A stretch of DNA of 64,000 bases from Fimbriosthenelais zetlandica (Eukaryota). The notes under the pieces are model-generated. The model was not told where the DNA came from, did not search any database, and saw nothing but the letters and a program-made list of their open reading frames with translations. Numbering within the stretch: the stretch's first letter is position 1; each line of letters opens with the position of its first letter. The DNA is taken from positions 26,536,001 to 26,600,000 of the forward strand of contig OZ365112.1 of NCBI GenBank assembly GCA_977030845.1, given 5' to 3'. Both the position numbers and the translations under genes were made by a program. Below are positions 11,801-24,500 of the stretch, in pieces.

Positions 11801-14638
11801 TTCTTTCTTAGATCAAAAGTCCCTCAAGAATGAAATACAACTAATAACTTCGCTTGCTTTACACAATTTGCACATAATTATATGCCCATTTCAGGAGAAT
11901 TAGGTGATAGCTGTAGCAAGAACAGCGACTGTTCTTCCGCAGTGGAATATAGCATGTGTTCAACTTTATCTAACCAATGTGAATGTGCACTAGGATATCA
12001 AGATGTAAACAACACGTGTAATAAAAGTGAGTCCAAATAGAAAAGAAATATGACGGCTGCACTACGGAACCCTGCATGTTCTACAACGGTTCTTTATATA
12101 TAAAATACGCACACTGGGAGAAAGGTTAAGATGGCATAGACTTTTGGTGCATGTGGGATACTATAAATCTTTCTACAGACCCGGAACTAACCGTGTACAT
12201 AGGAATTTTGGCGTGTGATAGTCTTACTAATATCAAGTATGTTATTAATACCTAATTGAAAATTCTATGAATAACAAAATATTCTGCTAAGAAAACTCAA
12301 ACATTGTTACTAATACTGGCAAGAGGGCATTTGACTGTAAAATGTTAGAGTGTAGTGTTAAACGATATTTCATTGATGAAAGAGGTAAACCAGTTCAGTT
12401 GTATTCAACTTATAGTTGTTAGACTTAAGATTTTTCAAATACGAAATAGAATTTGACCTTTTTTAAATGATTTCTTTATGAAGCCAACAAACAAGAAGTA
12501 TGCATTAGTCATCAGTTCAATGACTGAAGTAATAATAGATTCCATTGTTCTATAATTTTCTTTCTTTCCATTAACAGGAGAGCTTGGGAGTTCATGTTCC
12601 TCGGACGGAGACTGTTCTGCAGCTATCGCTAACAGCCTTTGTTCTAACGGCATCTGTCTATGTCCAGACACCTATCTCAACATATCCAGCTCTCAGTGTT
12701 CAGCCAGGAACCTAACAGTAGCCTGTACTGCTAACAGTCAATGTACACTGGTACCAGGCGCCATATGCACGAACAATGAGTGTAGGTGTCTTAAAACCCA
12801 CGAGGAAAATGTGGCTGCCAACACCTGCAACAAACTCACCCTAGGAGATGCTTGCAGTTCATCCATTGATTGTTCTACTTATATTAAATACACATTCTGT
12901 GATAATAACAAGTGTGCCTGTAAAAAGGGTTATTATACCAACCAGGCCAAAGATATGTGCATTGGCAGGAAGGTCAATGATCCGTGTTCGCTTGCAGAAG
13001 ATTGCTCGGCTATCATTGCCTATAGTACCTGCAGCCCTACCTTGAAATGTGCCTGTCAGTTGGGCTATTTCTCCAATAATGATGGTTCCCAATGTTATGG
13101 GAAAAAGGTGTACGAGGTGTGTTCCCTCAGTACTGATTGTTTGGCTCTGGGAGGTGGAGGTGAGTGTGTTACCAATGGACAGTCCAAGATGTGTACATGT
13201 AAAGCTGGATATAGTATACCCACGGATAACTCGACGTGTATCCCAAGATATCTCGGAGATTCCTGCACAGCTGACTCTCAATGCAGTGTTGTTGTGAATG
13301 CCCAATGTATAAGTGGAATATGTACCTGCACAGGCGATGCCATAGGGAACAGTACATGCCTTAACAGTAAGTATTCCTATTATCAGTTTTATCTATTTTC
13401 AATATTTTCCGTTTTTGTTGGATCATCTAATCTGACACTTCTAACTTTAAACTGCAATACATGTGGACAGGAAAAAGACTTTTAATCGAAATAATCTAAT
13501 ACAACTTTTCCATTTCTTTCAGCTGGGGCATCAACTGAAGGGTAAGAGTAAATCACAATGTACTTTCTTTCAAAAAGAATAAAAACAAAAATATTTGTAT
13601 ACCTCCAAATCTCTACTTCAATATAACAATATCTGTTTTTATATTTCAGCGACTCGGGCTTCCCAATGTGGGCAAGTAAGTATTGTTTTATATAACTGTC
13701 TCATGTTTAATCAGCTTGGGGTGAACACCACAAGTTAAATAAATATCTTGGGAATAAAAGGGTTCTCATTATTTAGAGACATAGCTATAGCCCCATAAAC
13801 TGATGAGTCACTCTTATATTTGTTTCATTTTCAGTTGGTGTGATTGCTCTCATTCCATTAGCACTAATTATTGGAATTGTAGCAAAGATCCTTCATGATA
13901 AAAAGAAGAAGGTAAGTGACTATACATACATCTGTATATGATCTATCATAATTCATAAAGCTACTGAATAGATATAATGGGCACAAGGTGCAATTTGTCA
14001 GCTGAAACACAATGCCAAGTAAACGACAATTTCAAGACCTATCCTACGGAGAGGATATCTGGATCATTCTTTAATTGAGATCATATTCTTGAAATCATTG
14101 ATTCTCTATTCTGCATCTATACTAACTTTCAGAAAAAAGAGGTCGAGCCACAAGAAAGGCCTTATTTCAAATCAGCTGTGGTACGTGCCTTCCATAGTGT
14201 GCTTGGTTACTTCCTTATTGCAGTACTTTGAATGCATGCATGTAATTTTATTTTTTAGATTTAATTCAGCTCACTTTCGTTTTCATGGATTGATATTCTT
14301 GGGTTCAAACATTCATGGCATTTCCTGAATGTGAATTCAAAGTGTGTGCATTCGTTTTACTGTTGTGCATTCGTTTTACCGTTTTATGTTTTAAAGAACC
14401 GTTTGTTTTCATTTCACTTGAGTAGCTTTACAATTTAAGAACACAGTTTGGCTTGCTTTGTGTCAAGTAATCATTTGCTGACTGAATGGATATATGTCTG
14501 CTTGAGACTGCATTGAACATTTTCACTCGATATACCAAGTCTTATTTAGCGGATAATGTCAATTGGGACTTAATACAATATATATTCTTGATATTTCAGA
14601 CACCGGGCCCGCCGATCGAGTCAGAAGATATGATCTAA
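8895..14638 (+). CDS. Gene C: type I membrane protein, signal peptide, 2 LDLa-like, 10 EB-like, TM, short tail (605 aa)
   Basis: 13 exons: 8895-8952 (MASQRSNIVLVATVLLVSYG), 9177-9284, 9445-9558, 9777-9917, 10494-10628, 11162-11293, 11895-12026, 12578-13366 (6 modules), 13523-13541, 13650-13675, 13835-13911 (TM IGVIALIPLALIIGIVA then KILHDKKKK), 14133-14180, 14600-14638. Total 1818 nt, open to TAA. The two tail exons are the least certain. Confidence 0.85.
11427..11773. repeat. Intronic 51-bp minisatellite, about 7 copies
   Basis: ATTCCTGAT recurs at 11437, 11488, 11539, 11590, 11641, 11692 and 11743, an exact 51-nt period. It lies in the gene C intron 11294-11894. Confidence 0.95.
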
Positions 14639-15601
14639 GATTGCTACAACAGAATATCGGAGTGGCTTTTCCAATGTGGAAAAGATGTATTTTAAGTTCA
14701 ATACAAAAAGGTGGCACAGTTTTGCATTCAAAGCTGTTCGCTTTCATGTGCATTTACTTATACTAAGTGTAGCTTTTGTAAATAAAATTAGTGATTGTGA
14801 TCGTCTGATGATCTAAAAATAATACAAGAAAGATAGTATGCTTCAATCTACAAATCTCCATGGTGTGTTCTGATGTGTGCTTGCCAGTTAATATTTTAGT
14901 CAAGATCTCTTTGCGACAAATATTATTATTTTATTGTATTACAAAGATGAAAGAGGGATCTGGATTTGAAATAAAAATTTTACTTAAAAATATTCTTCAT
15001 GCCTTCATGTTTATGTTAACTGCAAAATATAATTCCTTTTAGCTATTACAATAATATTATCTCCTCCCAATAATCTTACAGGACCATGACGGTCTATTAC
15101 CTTCTTATCTCTAGATAAAAATCAAATTGTATGAGGGAGTAAGATGGGAAAAGTAGATAGTTATTACATTATCCACCTTGAAGTGTTGAACCATAGATAA
15201 TGTATTGGGTTTGTACAAAGAGAAGAACTTTGATAAAGGCTCGACCGACAATATTGGCAGTGTTCAATAACAACATGCCCAATCAAAGAACCATAGAGGC
15301 GGCCAAAACTCCAGAGCATGGGGGATGATTCTAAAAACAAGATGGCCACCATTTACCAAGCAGCTGTTAAGAACTCATTGCCCATTTGTTAGCAGACCGT
15401 CCCCAGGTTTGGCAGTAGGTGTCTTACTATAAAATACTGGGTGATTTTCTTGGCGTTTATGAGAGAGCTTCATGACTAGGTGAGGATTTACAGAGGTCTA
15501 CATGGGAAGTGTGTCTCACCATGGAGATACCAAGATCACAGACACATGTCTGACGAGTATCAGACCTATAGACGAGGAGAGTGACTTCTTCATGGCTCAA
15601 C

Positions 15602-18600
15602 ATGGAGAATACTCCACTATTACCACATCTCATCTTTATACTTTACTTATTAATCAACGTTCTAAACACAGGTGAGGAGAACTGTCTTTATAATTTCTTC
15701 GATGGTAATGAAATAGTTCATATATTTAGAAAAGAAGACAAATTTATATGTATATTGCAACTTGCTCCTTCATATCCAATGCCCAGGTCCGAAGGCATAT
15801 CCAGTTATACATCCAGTATCATAAAAAGGGAATATTGGATCATTTGTTTCGTTTGTTACTAACATAAATTGTAGAACTTTAACCTTTAAATAAACCAAAC
15901 GCTGAATTGTACCTGTTGAAGATTGGCTACCAGCTGAACTCTACCGAACAACAACCTTAAACTCAAACTCGAGAGTTTGTCATGTTGCTTATTGCAGTCC
16001 ATGGACAAGGTTGTCAACCATCAGAGTTCCAGTGTGCACTGAATGTAGCCATCGATGGGACTCAGTCAGGAGTACAATGCATTCCATTAGAGTATCAATT
16101 TGATGGCATACCGGATTGTTTTGACAATTCAGATGAACGTAAGTACACCCCATAAACACAGGAATATGTTTACGATTTATAAAATTTTCCAAGTTTAATA
16201 TACAGGTCTACTATTCTTCAGTGAATATAAGTGAAAAATAAGCAAAATACTGGGAGTCGCGACTGTTTTTCCCCAGATGCATATTTATGCACAAGACCTG
16301 ATGTACAGCAGTTCCAATGTCTCACTGGAGATGCTTGCTTAGCGCTAGATGGCAGGGGTGATAACATTATTCAATGTGGTGATGACAGTGATGAAAGTAA
16401 GTTGATATAAGTCTTGGTGGAATTACATTATATACCTTTAGTATGAATGGTGATTTAACGCCATGCTAGCTACGGTGGCTATATTCATGGCGAGTATACA
16501 GGTACTATACTTTATCTATAGGCTATGATAATGACTTTCAACCTTTTCATTTACAGCAAAAAGGTTAGGATTTCGGTGCACGTTACCAGAGCTAGAGCTT
16601 CATGCCTGTTCTGTATATGCGACCAGATCTGTGTGTAACGGTCAGATATGTGTGTGTGAAGGAGGCTATTCACCAAGTCCTGAAGACCCACGAACTTCAT
16701 GTGTGCCAAGTAAGTGTCTGAAAATTAGTCCATATATTTCTTTCTCTTGACTGCTACTGCTCTAAAAGGTCCTCGGGTACAGGGACTTTCTGAACAAGTA
16801 TTATTTGTGTTGACTTTGTAATGCCATTTAAGGCACACCAACTGCCAACCTCTGCGTCTCAGAACCAACTAAAGACTAGTGGTTGTTAGATGATTAAAAG
16901 GAAATTATCAATTTGTCAAGGGGTGATTTAAGGACGTCATGTAAATGTGTTTTTTTCTCTCCTTCATCCAGACATCATTGGAGACAGCTGCACGCAGGAG
17001 TCGCATTGTCTCCAGTTCATACCAAGGAGCACCTGCTCAAGCAGCGAATGTGTCTGCCTACCAGGATTTGCAAGTACAGATGATGGGAGGAACTGTGTAG
17101 AAAGTAGGTGACTTGAGTAACCAGAATTATCCTACCACAACCTCGACTGAGTGAATTAGTGACATACAACTCTTGCAAAGTCTGCCATACAATGAGACAA
17201 ATTTGCTTAGATGAGTGTCTAATATATATTTTCATTTTCAGATACGTTAGGTGATTCCTGTACGAATAACGATGAATGCACCAGGCACATATCACGAAGT
17301 TTGTGTGTCAATTCCCTCTGTCAATGTGAGGAATTGTTCTACGGACCAGTTGGGAGCCAGGTTTGTGACTTCCGCACATTCGCTGACCCTTGCGATACCG
17401 ACATCCAATGTCAAGCAGGGGTTGGAAATTCTCTCTGCACGTCAGCAAGGTGCAACTGTCCCGTCGGCTATCTGTTCTCTGGGGGCCAATGCAGAAAACG
17501 AATGCTCCATGAGAGTTGTAGCTCTGATTCCGACTGTTCAGGGGCCATTGGGAACACAGAGTGTTTCCAGGGCGGCTGTGAATGCCTGGAAGGTTACAGA
17601 CTCCGTACCTATGAGACGGATGAATGTCGCCTGGTCCTCATCTTTGGCAAGTGTAAGACTCAGCGACATTGTGGTGCGAATGCCATATGCACAGCGGAGG
17701 AAAGATGTGAGTGTCCGGACGGCTACAGAATTGCAAGCCCAACAAGCTGTTTACAAAGAAATTTAGGTGATCGCTGTAGTTCACCAAGTGCCTGCGCTGC
17801 CATTGGTAATGCAGTATGTCTACAAGGTAGATGCGCCTGTGATCGTGCTTTTCGTGCTGTTGGTCTTTCGTGTTCTGCAAACCTAGTTGGAGACAAATGT
17901 GATGTACAAGACAACAGTACATGTGAGGAGGCGGGAAACGGAGGTTACTGCAGCATGAATACAATGACCTGTCAGTGTATGGAAGGCTGGGATGTGAGGC
18001 ATGGAAGGTGTTTAGGCAGGTCCATTGGTTACAGGCCATGTTCTCGTGATGAAGACTGCGCCTCCATTAGATGGGCGGAATGTCTGAATGACACTTGTGT
18101 CTGCATTTATGGACAGAGAAGCATGTCACTTTGCCATTCTAAACGTGAGTATCTCCAAAGACTGTCACAGTAAAATTGGTAATGGTCTTCTTCAGTTTAT
18201 GTCTTGGTATTTCTAGGACTGGTGTAACGACTTCAAATTTCCCCACATTCATGTCTTTTTCAAATTCACCCCAGGAATTTGAAAAGGGCGGCTCTTAGAA
18301 TGGACGCGTGGTCCTTGGAATGAACCTTAGAATGGACGCGTAGTCCTTAGAATGGACGTGCGGTCCCTAGAATGGACGCGCGGTCCTTGGAATAGACCGC
18401 GCATTGGACATTAGAATGAAACTTAGAATGGACGCGTCGTCCTTGGAATGCTCGCGCGATCCTTAGAATGGACGCGTAGTCCTTGGAATGGACTCGCGGC
18501 TCTTAGAATGGACCCTCGGCTCTTAGAATGAACCTTAGAATGGACGCGTAGTCCTTAGAATGGACGCGCAGCCCTTGTAATTCACTCGCGGCCCTTGGAA

Positions 18601-20622
18601 TGGACGCGTGGTCCTTGGAGTGGACGCGCGGCCCTTGGAATGGACGCGCGGCCCTTAGAATGTTCGCAAATTTGAAGTCGTTACACCGGTCTGGTAAAAT
18701 TAAATTATCAAACACGAACAGTAGACCTGACTTTATTTATTTTCTTTTTCAGCAAGGGAACCACCAATGCCGTAAGTCAAGAACTAAATATGATTGCAGT
18801 GACATTGTGACACTTATTCATAAATAGTTTAATGAATAAGTCGATTTATTTGTATGCTGAATAATAATAAGGATGATGACATTTTAAAGACGAGAAATCC
18901 AAGCATTAAAAAATTGCTTGCACTGTCCACATTATTTGACTTATTCAGCATTTTTCTTTCATGCAGCACTGGAGCCCCACCTGGGTAAGACTAAGAGTAT
19001 TTTCTCGATGACATCAAACATATTTCCATATTCCTAGTCACTATCCTAATTTAAGAAATGCATATCTTTGTAATATAAATTCAAACTATGAATAGATCTT
19101 AATTTGGATAAGCTTTTTCATATAGGAAAGAATAAATATTAATTAATGAAATTTAACATAGATAACAACAACTTGCACTGGAATATAAGACGCATTTATA
19201 ACTTGCTATAGAGATGGTCTTGCGATATGGGCAGGTGAGTTATTGGGGTTTATTTGGCACAACTCAAAGAACTTACGTTGATGCTACAGCCATGTATAAA
19301 TATGCATACTATTTTGGCATTGTTTGAGATTATATTTGAGAGTGTCATGATGATGGACCTTTTATAAATGCTACTTTCAAAAATGGATTTTAATACTTTT
19401 GTTATCTATCGTTTATAGCTATGTTTTATAGCTGTCATGTGAATATTTTAATGAAAGTTTAACATTGTCTGCTTGTTTCCTAATATCATTTTTTTTCTTT
19501 GCCTTGAGCTTTTTTAGGCTATATGTGAGAGATGAATTTGACTATAATTATCACCTCCAACAGAGTAGAAAAGAAGTAACAGTAATTCTACTTTCTAATC
19601 AGACTCTGCATATATCCAAATTCCAGTCTTATTGCAAGGAATTACAATGTATTGAGTCATATCATGATCATGAAATGCCATATCATGATCATACAATTAT
19701 TGCAATGAAAAGTTTCTTATCTCTTTTTGCTTTGAATTTTCAGTGATCCTAATAATACTTGGGATTATTATCTTGATCATCATCATCCTATCAATTGCCA
19801 TCATATGTTACATGAAGAAAAAGGTAAGTTCAAACATGCAAAGTAAGATTTAACTAAGCCTTCTTCTGATGAGACACATTTATAAATGTCGGAGGGTTAG
19901 ATATGCATTCTTAATGCTTTATCTTTTTTTAGTTTACTTTTGTTTCTAATTTCAGAAGCGTGGTGATGACAATAAGCCAGAGGACAGATATGTAAGGGAG
20001 GCAACAACACTTTCTGTTCGGAGGACAATGAGTGCGAGATCTGCTACCAGAGTAGCACCCATGGCCGAGGTCAATGGTGTAAGTACACATTACAAACGGG
20101 ATTTCTAATAATTTTAAGGACACTTTGGGGAATTCAGTCTCGCCGAATTTTGATATTGTTGGTTCTATTTATCATATTGCAATATTTATACGCAGAATTA
20201 TAGTAGCGCAGAGATGCAATCAAAATAATAAATGTCTTAAATAATTGTCGATACCTAAAAAATACCAGCAAATACAGTGCCTTAAAATATATAGTAACCT
20301 ACAGGAACATGGACTGGAGAAACCAGAAATTGCGTCAGCGATTGACTATGCGGCACAAGTTCCCGACTACCTGAAACAAGACCCAATATACTCTAACGTC
20401 ACCTCTAAACACCCGCAGCCAGCACCTGAGGGAATAAAACCCCACCCTGAAGACACAAAGAGTGTAAAGCTAAATTCTGAGGGCACAAAGCTAAGTCCCG
20501 ATGCTGAGAGCATGAAGGAAGAAACCAAGTCAATGCTGGATCAACACGAACTGAATTCGGATGTCCGTTCTATAAACGAAGCCAATGGTAAAAATAACGA
20601 TATGGAACTTGATTCACTCTGA
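15602..20622 (+). CDS. Gene D: type I membrane protein, signal peptide, 2 LDLa-like, 9 EB-like, TM, ~150-aa tail (699 aa)
   Basis: 12 exons: 15602-15671, 15998-16138, 16277-16396, 16557-16709, 16972-17103, 17242-18144 (7 modules), 18753-18771, 18967-18984, 19212-19234, 19744-19823 (TM VILIILGIIILIIIILSIAIICY then MKKK), 19956-20078, 20305-20622. Total 2100 nt, all GT-AG, open to TGA. Confidence 0.87.
18217..18691. mobile_element. Putative non-autonomous TIR/foldback-type element carrying an internal tandem array
   Basis: 18217-18240 (GACTGGTGTAACGACTTCAAATTT) matches the reverse complement of 18668-18691 at 23/24 positions, with partial similarity for about 10 more nt inward. An internal 11-bp hairpin is at 18257-18285. 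No clean target-site duplication was found. Confidence 0.6.
18291..18661. repeat. 20-bp tandem array (consensus about CCTTAGAATGGACGCGTAGT), roughly 18-20 units including truncated ones
   Basis: Abutting units read directly from the sequence, each with a quasi-palindromic GGACGCG(T/C)(A/G)GTCC core. No unique spacers. Confidence 0.92.
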
Positions 20623-21394
20623 TTCACTTAAAAGTCTCAAGAACTATGTACGATATAATTCATCTGTAAGACATTCGAATCAGATAAATCAATATGTTTC
20701 CATTTCTACTGATATATTTGAACAAGGGTTAATAATTCCAAGTGTCCCAAATGAGTGTCATTTGCGTAATGTGCTATACTAAATATGTACAGTTTAACAA
20801 TGTAAATAATATACAAAAGTATTCCTATGTGTTACATAGAATGTGTGTAACTTCTGGTTCAGAAAGTTCAATGATGGGAAGTCATGAAATCTAGGTTCAA
20901 GTTTAAAAAACAAAACGTCAGTAATAAAGTATTTTAGAGAAAGTAAACCTTAGGGTTGCCTTCTGCAGGTTGAAGATAGATTGACGGTGAAATAAAGTTA
21001 GTATCCAAGACAGTCATTTTTGTTACGTTACGTGAAATCACTATGGGATAGAAATAAAGAAATCTATGAAAAGATAAATATATCATGGTTTTCATTTAGG
21101 GAAAATGCTAAGTATTATTTTGAGAAAACCACTCTAATTGATGCCTGAAACCCTTGTTAGACTATAATCAAAATTAATGGGGGAACATGAAATAAATCAA
21201 ATAGAAATGCATAATACTCCCAAAAAGTGTGTCAGTGTATGTCACGACTATAGGGATTTATTCGCATAAATCATTTACCATAAACATATGACATGGAGAT
21301 ATAGTGAATCACATGTTCCTCACATAACTCGTGTGAGAATAAAACGTAATATTTTTTTATAAACCGCGCTCGGCAAAAAGTGATTTCACGCCTG

Positions 21395-21399
21395 ATTGG
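21395..21399 (-). promoter_or_regulatory. CCAAT box (reverse orientation) upstream of gene E
   Basis: ATTGG about 110 nt upstream of the ATG at 21506, in a CpG-containing patch within AT-rich DNA. Confidence 0.25.
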
Positions 21400-21505
21400 T
21401 TCTCATTGAGTAGACACAGTCACGGACCAGTGATTGTGTTGTCTGTTCTATTCATCCTTAGCGACAGACATGAAACACTGATTCACTGTGAACCATTCAA
21501 TCTAC

Positions 21506-24500
21506 ATGATACAGACAATCATGCTGGTGAGAATAATAACCGTCTTCACAATATTGTATTCATCATTAATGACAGGTAAGTCAAACTAATTTTACACTTT
21601 CATTTTAATCCAAGGGAGCTACCGCATTTATAAGGACTCTACAAAATATGGAATGGGATTCATGGTGAAAATGAGGCACACTCTTGATATTTTGCATTAC
21701 GTTTGTTCGTCTAGCATGCTTTGCCCAGTGTGGTCCAGAGGAATTTGCATGTGAGGTGGATGGAGCATGTATCGATACAAATTTCGTCAATGACGGTTGG
21801 ACAGACTGTAGAGACAATTCTGATGAAGGTAATTAATATCCTTCTTGGGCATGTTTAGGTGCACTTCTATGCAACAGGTGAGAAAATGCCTTATGAGGGA
21901 TTGGACTGCCAACTTCCTATATATACATCTCAGATAACAGATATCTACTTGATAATCCCATGGTGTACCAGTGCCATTATTTGTACCAGTCATAACTTAT
22001 GTTTTCAGTATCCACTGCCTGTGCATCATGTCCAGATGGCACCTGTTTCAGGTGTCCGGGAGGTACCTGCGTTGATGGCAATTACTACATGGATGGCGTG
22101 CCTGATTGTGCTAGCCGTGACGATGAAGGCAACAACACATCTCTTTTTCTTCAAAACATATTTCGAACAAAACACATGCATTACAATTTTCTTTCACTCT
22201 GGTGCGAAATAAACTTTGAACTCTTTCACTTTTACAGAAAAGAGGATTGGATTTCCATGCCTGTTGTCGTACAACTTTTCGATTGCTTGTGAAGATTTTG
22301 TGGTGAATTCAGAATGTGTACCAGGGACTTTGGTGTGTACGTGCATCACTGGCTATGCCAGAAACTCAGAAGGTACCACTTGTACCAGACGTAAGCAACA
22401 TATTGATTTGGCATTGCTTCTGATGAATTTTTCTATCACTTCTAGTTGGGGAAGTGGCTAAGTGAATCTCAAGGCTGCCACCTAGGTTTAGTCCGTGGAA
22501 AACCCAGTGAAGTCCATGATATTGATCAAACAATTATATGAAACTTTTCACTCAAGAAACTTATTTATTATATTAGTTTAACCATTCATTGTATTGCTCT
22601 TTCAATCCTTCATTACAAAGGGGTAATTGGTGATGCTTGTGTGGTTGATCTGGACTGTTCAGCAGCTGTCAAGGACAGCTTTTGTCCATCAAATATTTGC
22701 CAGTGTAACGATGGCTACTACAACCTTCCCGACCTCATAACGTGTATGATACGTAAGTGGATTAATACTCATGAAAAATATGTTCATTAAGACGACCAGT
22801 CTAGTATCAACTGTAGACATTAATTCACCCAATTTCAAATTTTAAATTCAATGAAGGAATCTTGGGGGATGACTGCGTCACAGACATTGACTGTGATGCA
22901 GCAGTGTCAGGATCATCATGTATCAACAGTCAATGTGAATGTAGCGATGGATACTATGTCAATGACACCGAATGCATGAGGAGTAAGTCAAAGTTATCCT
23001 GCTCTTTCAACTATGACAGCCCTTATACTGAGTGATATATAACGTTGATTTCCTTATACATGAACCATAGAATTGTGTTAACTTTTAGGGAACATTGGTG
23101 ATGATTGCTCTGTGGATATTGACTGTGCGGCTGCTGTGGCCAACACTTTCTGTGATGCTAGCACTTGTCAATGTACAGTAGCGTACAGAAACAATCCCAG
23201 TATCACTGCATGTGACCTTCGTAAGTTAATGTTTCTTTTGATAAGAATTAATATTGTATATCAGGGGTAGAAATGTGCCTTTGGTAAGTAACCTACTCGT
23301 ATTGTGTAAAAACACACTTGCACCTTCCCCGGGACCCCCATTCAGACTGCCTGAGCTTTTTAAAAATTCTCACTTCATTCACAGCAACAGATTCCAAAAG
23401 GTTTCAAATTTCAATTTTTCACCTCTATCTATTCTATACAGGACAAATTAATGACCCATGCACAGTACAAGAAAGCTGCAGCCTTGCAGTCCCAAACAGT
23501 TCTTGCATACAGCCTGAAGGCCTCTGTCAATGCGACAGTGGGTTCCTTCCATCCATCGACCAAACTGCTTGTATTTTGAGTGAGTACTTCCAATGAAATT
23601 TGATTTGAAAGGACAGTCTTAACAAGAGTTAAAAGAAATGTAAACCAATAGATTGGACTATACAGTTGTTTTCTTCCATGGTATTCGTTTTCAGGAGTAT
23701 TTGGTGACCCTTGCAACATTGGCACTGACTGTACTGATGCCTTTTCAAACAGCCTGTGCATCGATGGAACTTGCCAATGTGAACTGGGGTACAATACAAC
23801 CATCAGCATTGCATCTTGTACGAGAAGTAAGCACCCTCTTGACATTTTTTTTAGCCATAGCCAAACGCAGAATTTCAGCAAAATACCACTCTCCCAAGCA
23901 ACAAAAAGGTGTTGGTTCCTAACAAATATTTTCAGTAAGCGGATGATAATGTTTGATACCATTGTATAATCTGACTGCAGGAGTTGTGGGTGACTACTGC
24001 GACGCTTCACAGTCTTGTTTAGCTGTAGTGGATGAGAGTGACTGTATTGATGGGACATGTCAGTGTATCAGTGGGTACTATGTCCAGACTGACCCTGCCA
24101 TCTGTACTCCACGTATGTACACTTCCACTAACGAAATCAAGACCAGAGTTCTATACCTCAGAGTGCCCGCCATGACATGAAACTTTCATATCTTTTTCTT
24201 AGGAATCATTGGCGACCTGTGTTCTGTGACGGAGGACTGCAGTGATATCATTGACAAGAGTGACTGTACTACCAACCAGTGCACATGTTTGAGTGGATAT
24301 CAGCCTTTGAACAGCGGCAGCCTCTGTAGCTTACGTAGGTGTCATTAGGTTCATCATAGGTCAATTCACTATTTGCCAGGGCCTACAAAAATGACTGAGA
24401 TTAGGGAGGGAATCTCTTTGGTGTAGGTCACTATAATTCTAGAAAGTCGGATGGTGAAGACTAGATACATGATGATTTCTACTTTAGGTATTCTTGGTGA

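Noticed and set aside
11397-11811. Repeat-protein ORFs on both strands
   Set aside because: These arise from a 51-nt period lacking stops. I found no usable splice context in gene C's phase.
18291-18661. CRISPR-like array of partly palindromic repeats
   Set aside because: The units abut with no unique spacers, there are no cas genes, and it lies in a eukaryotic intron. It is a minisatellite.
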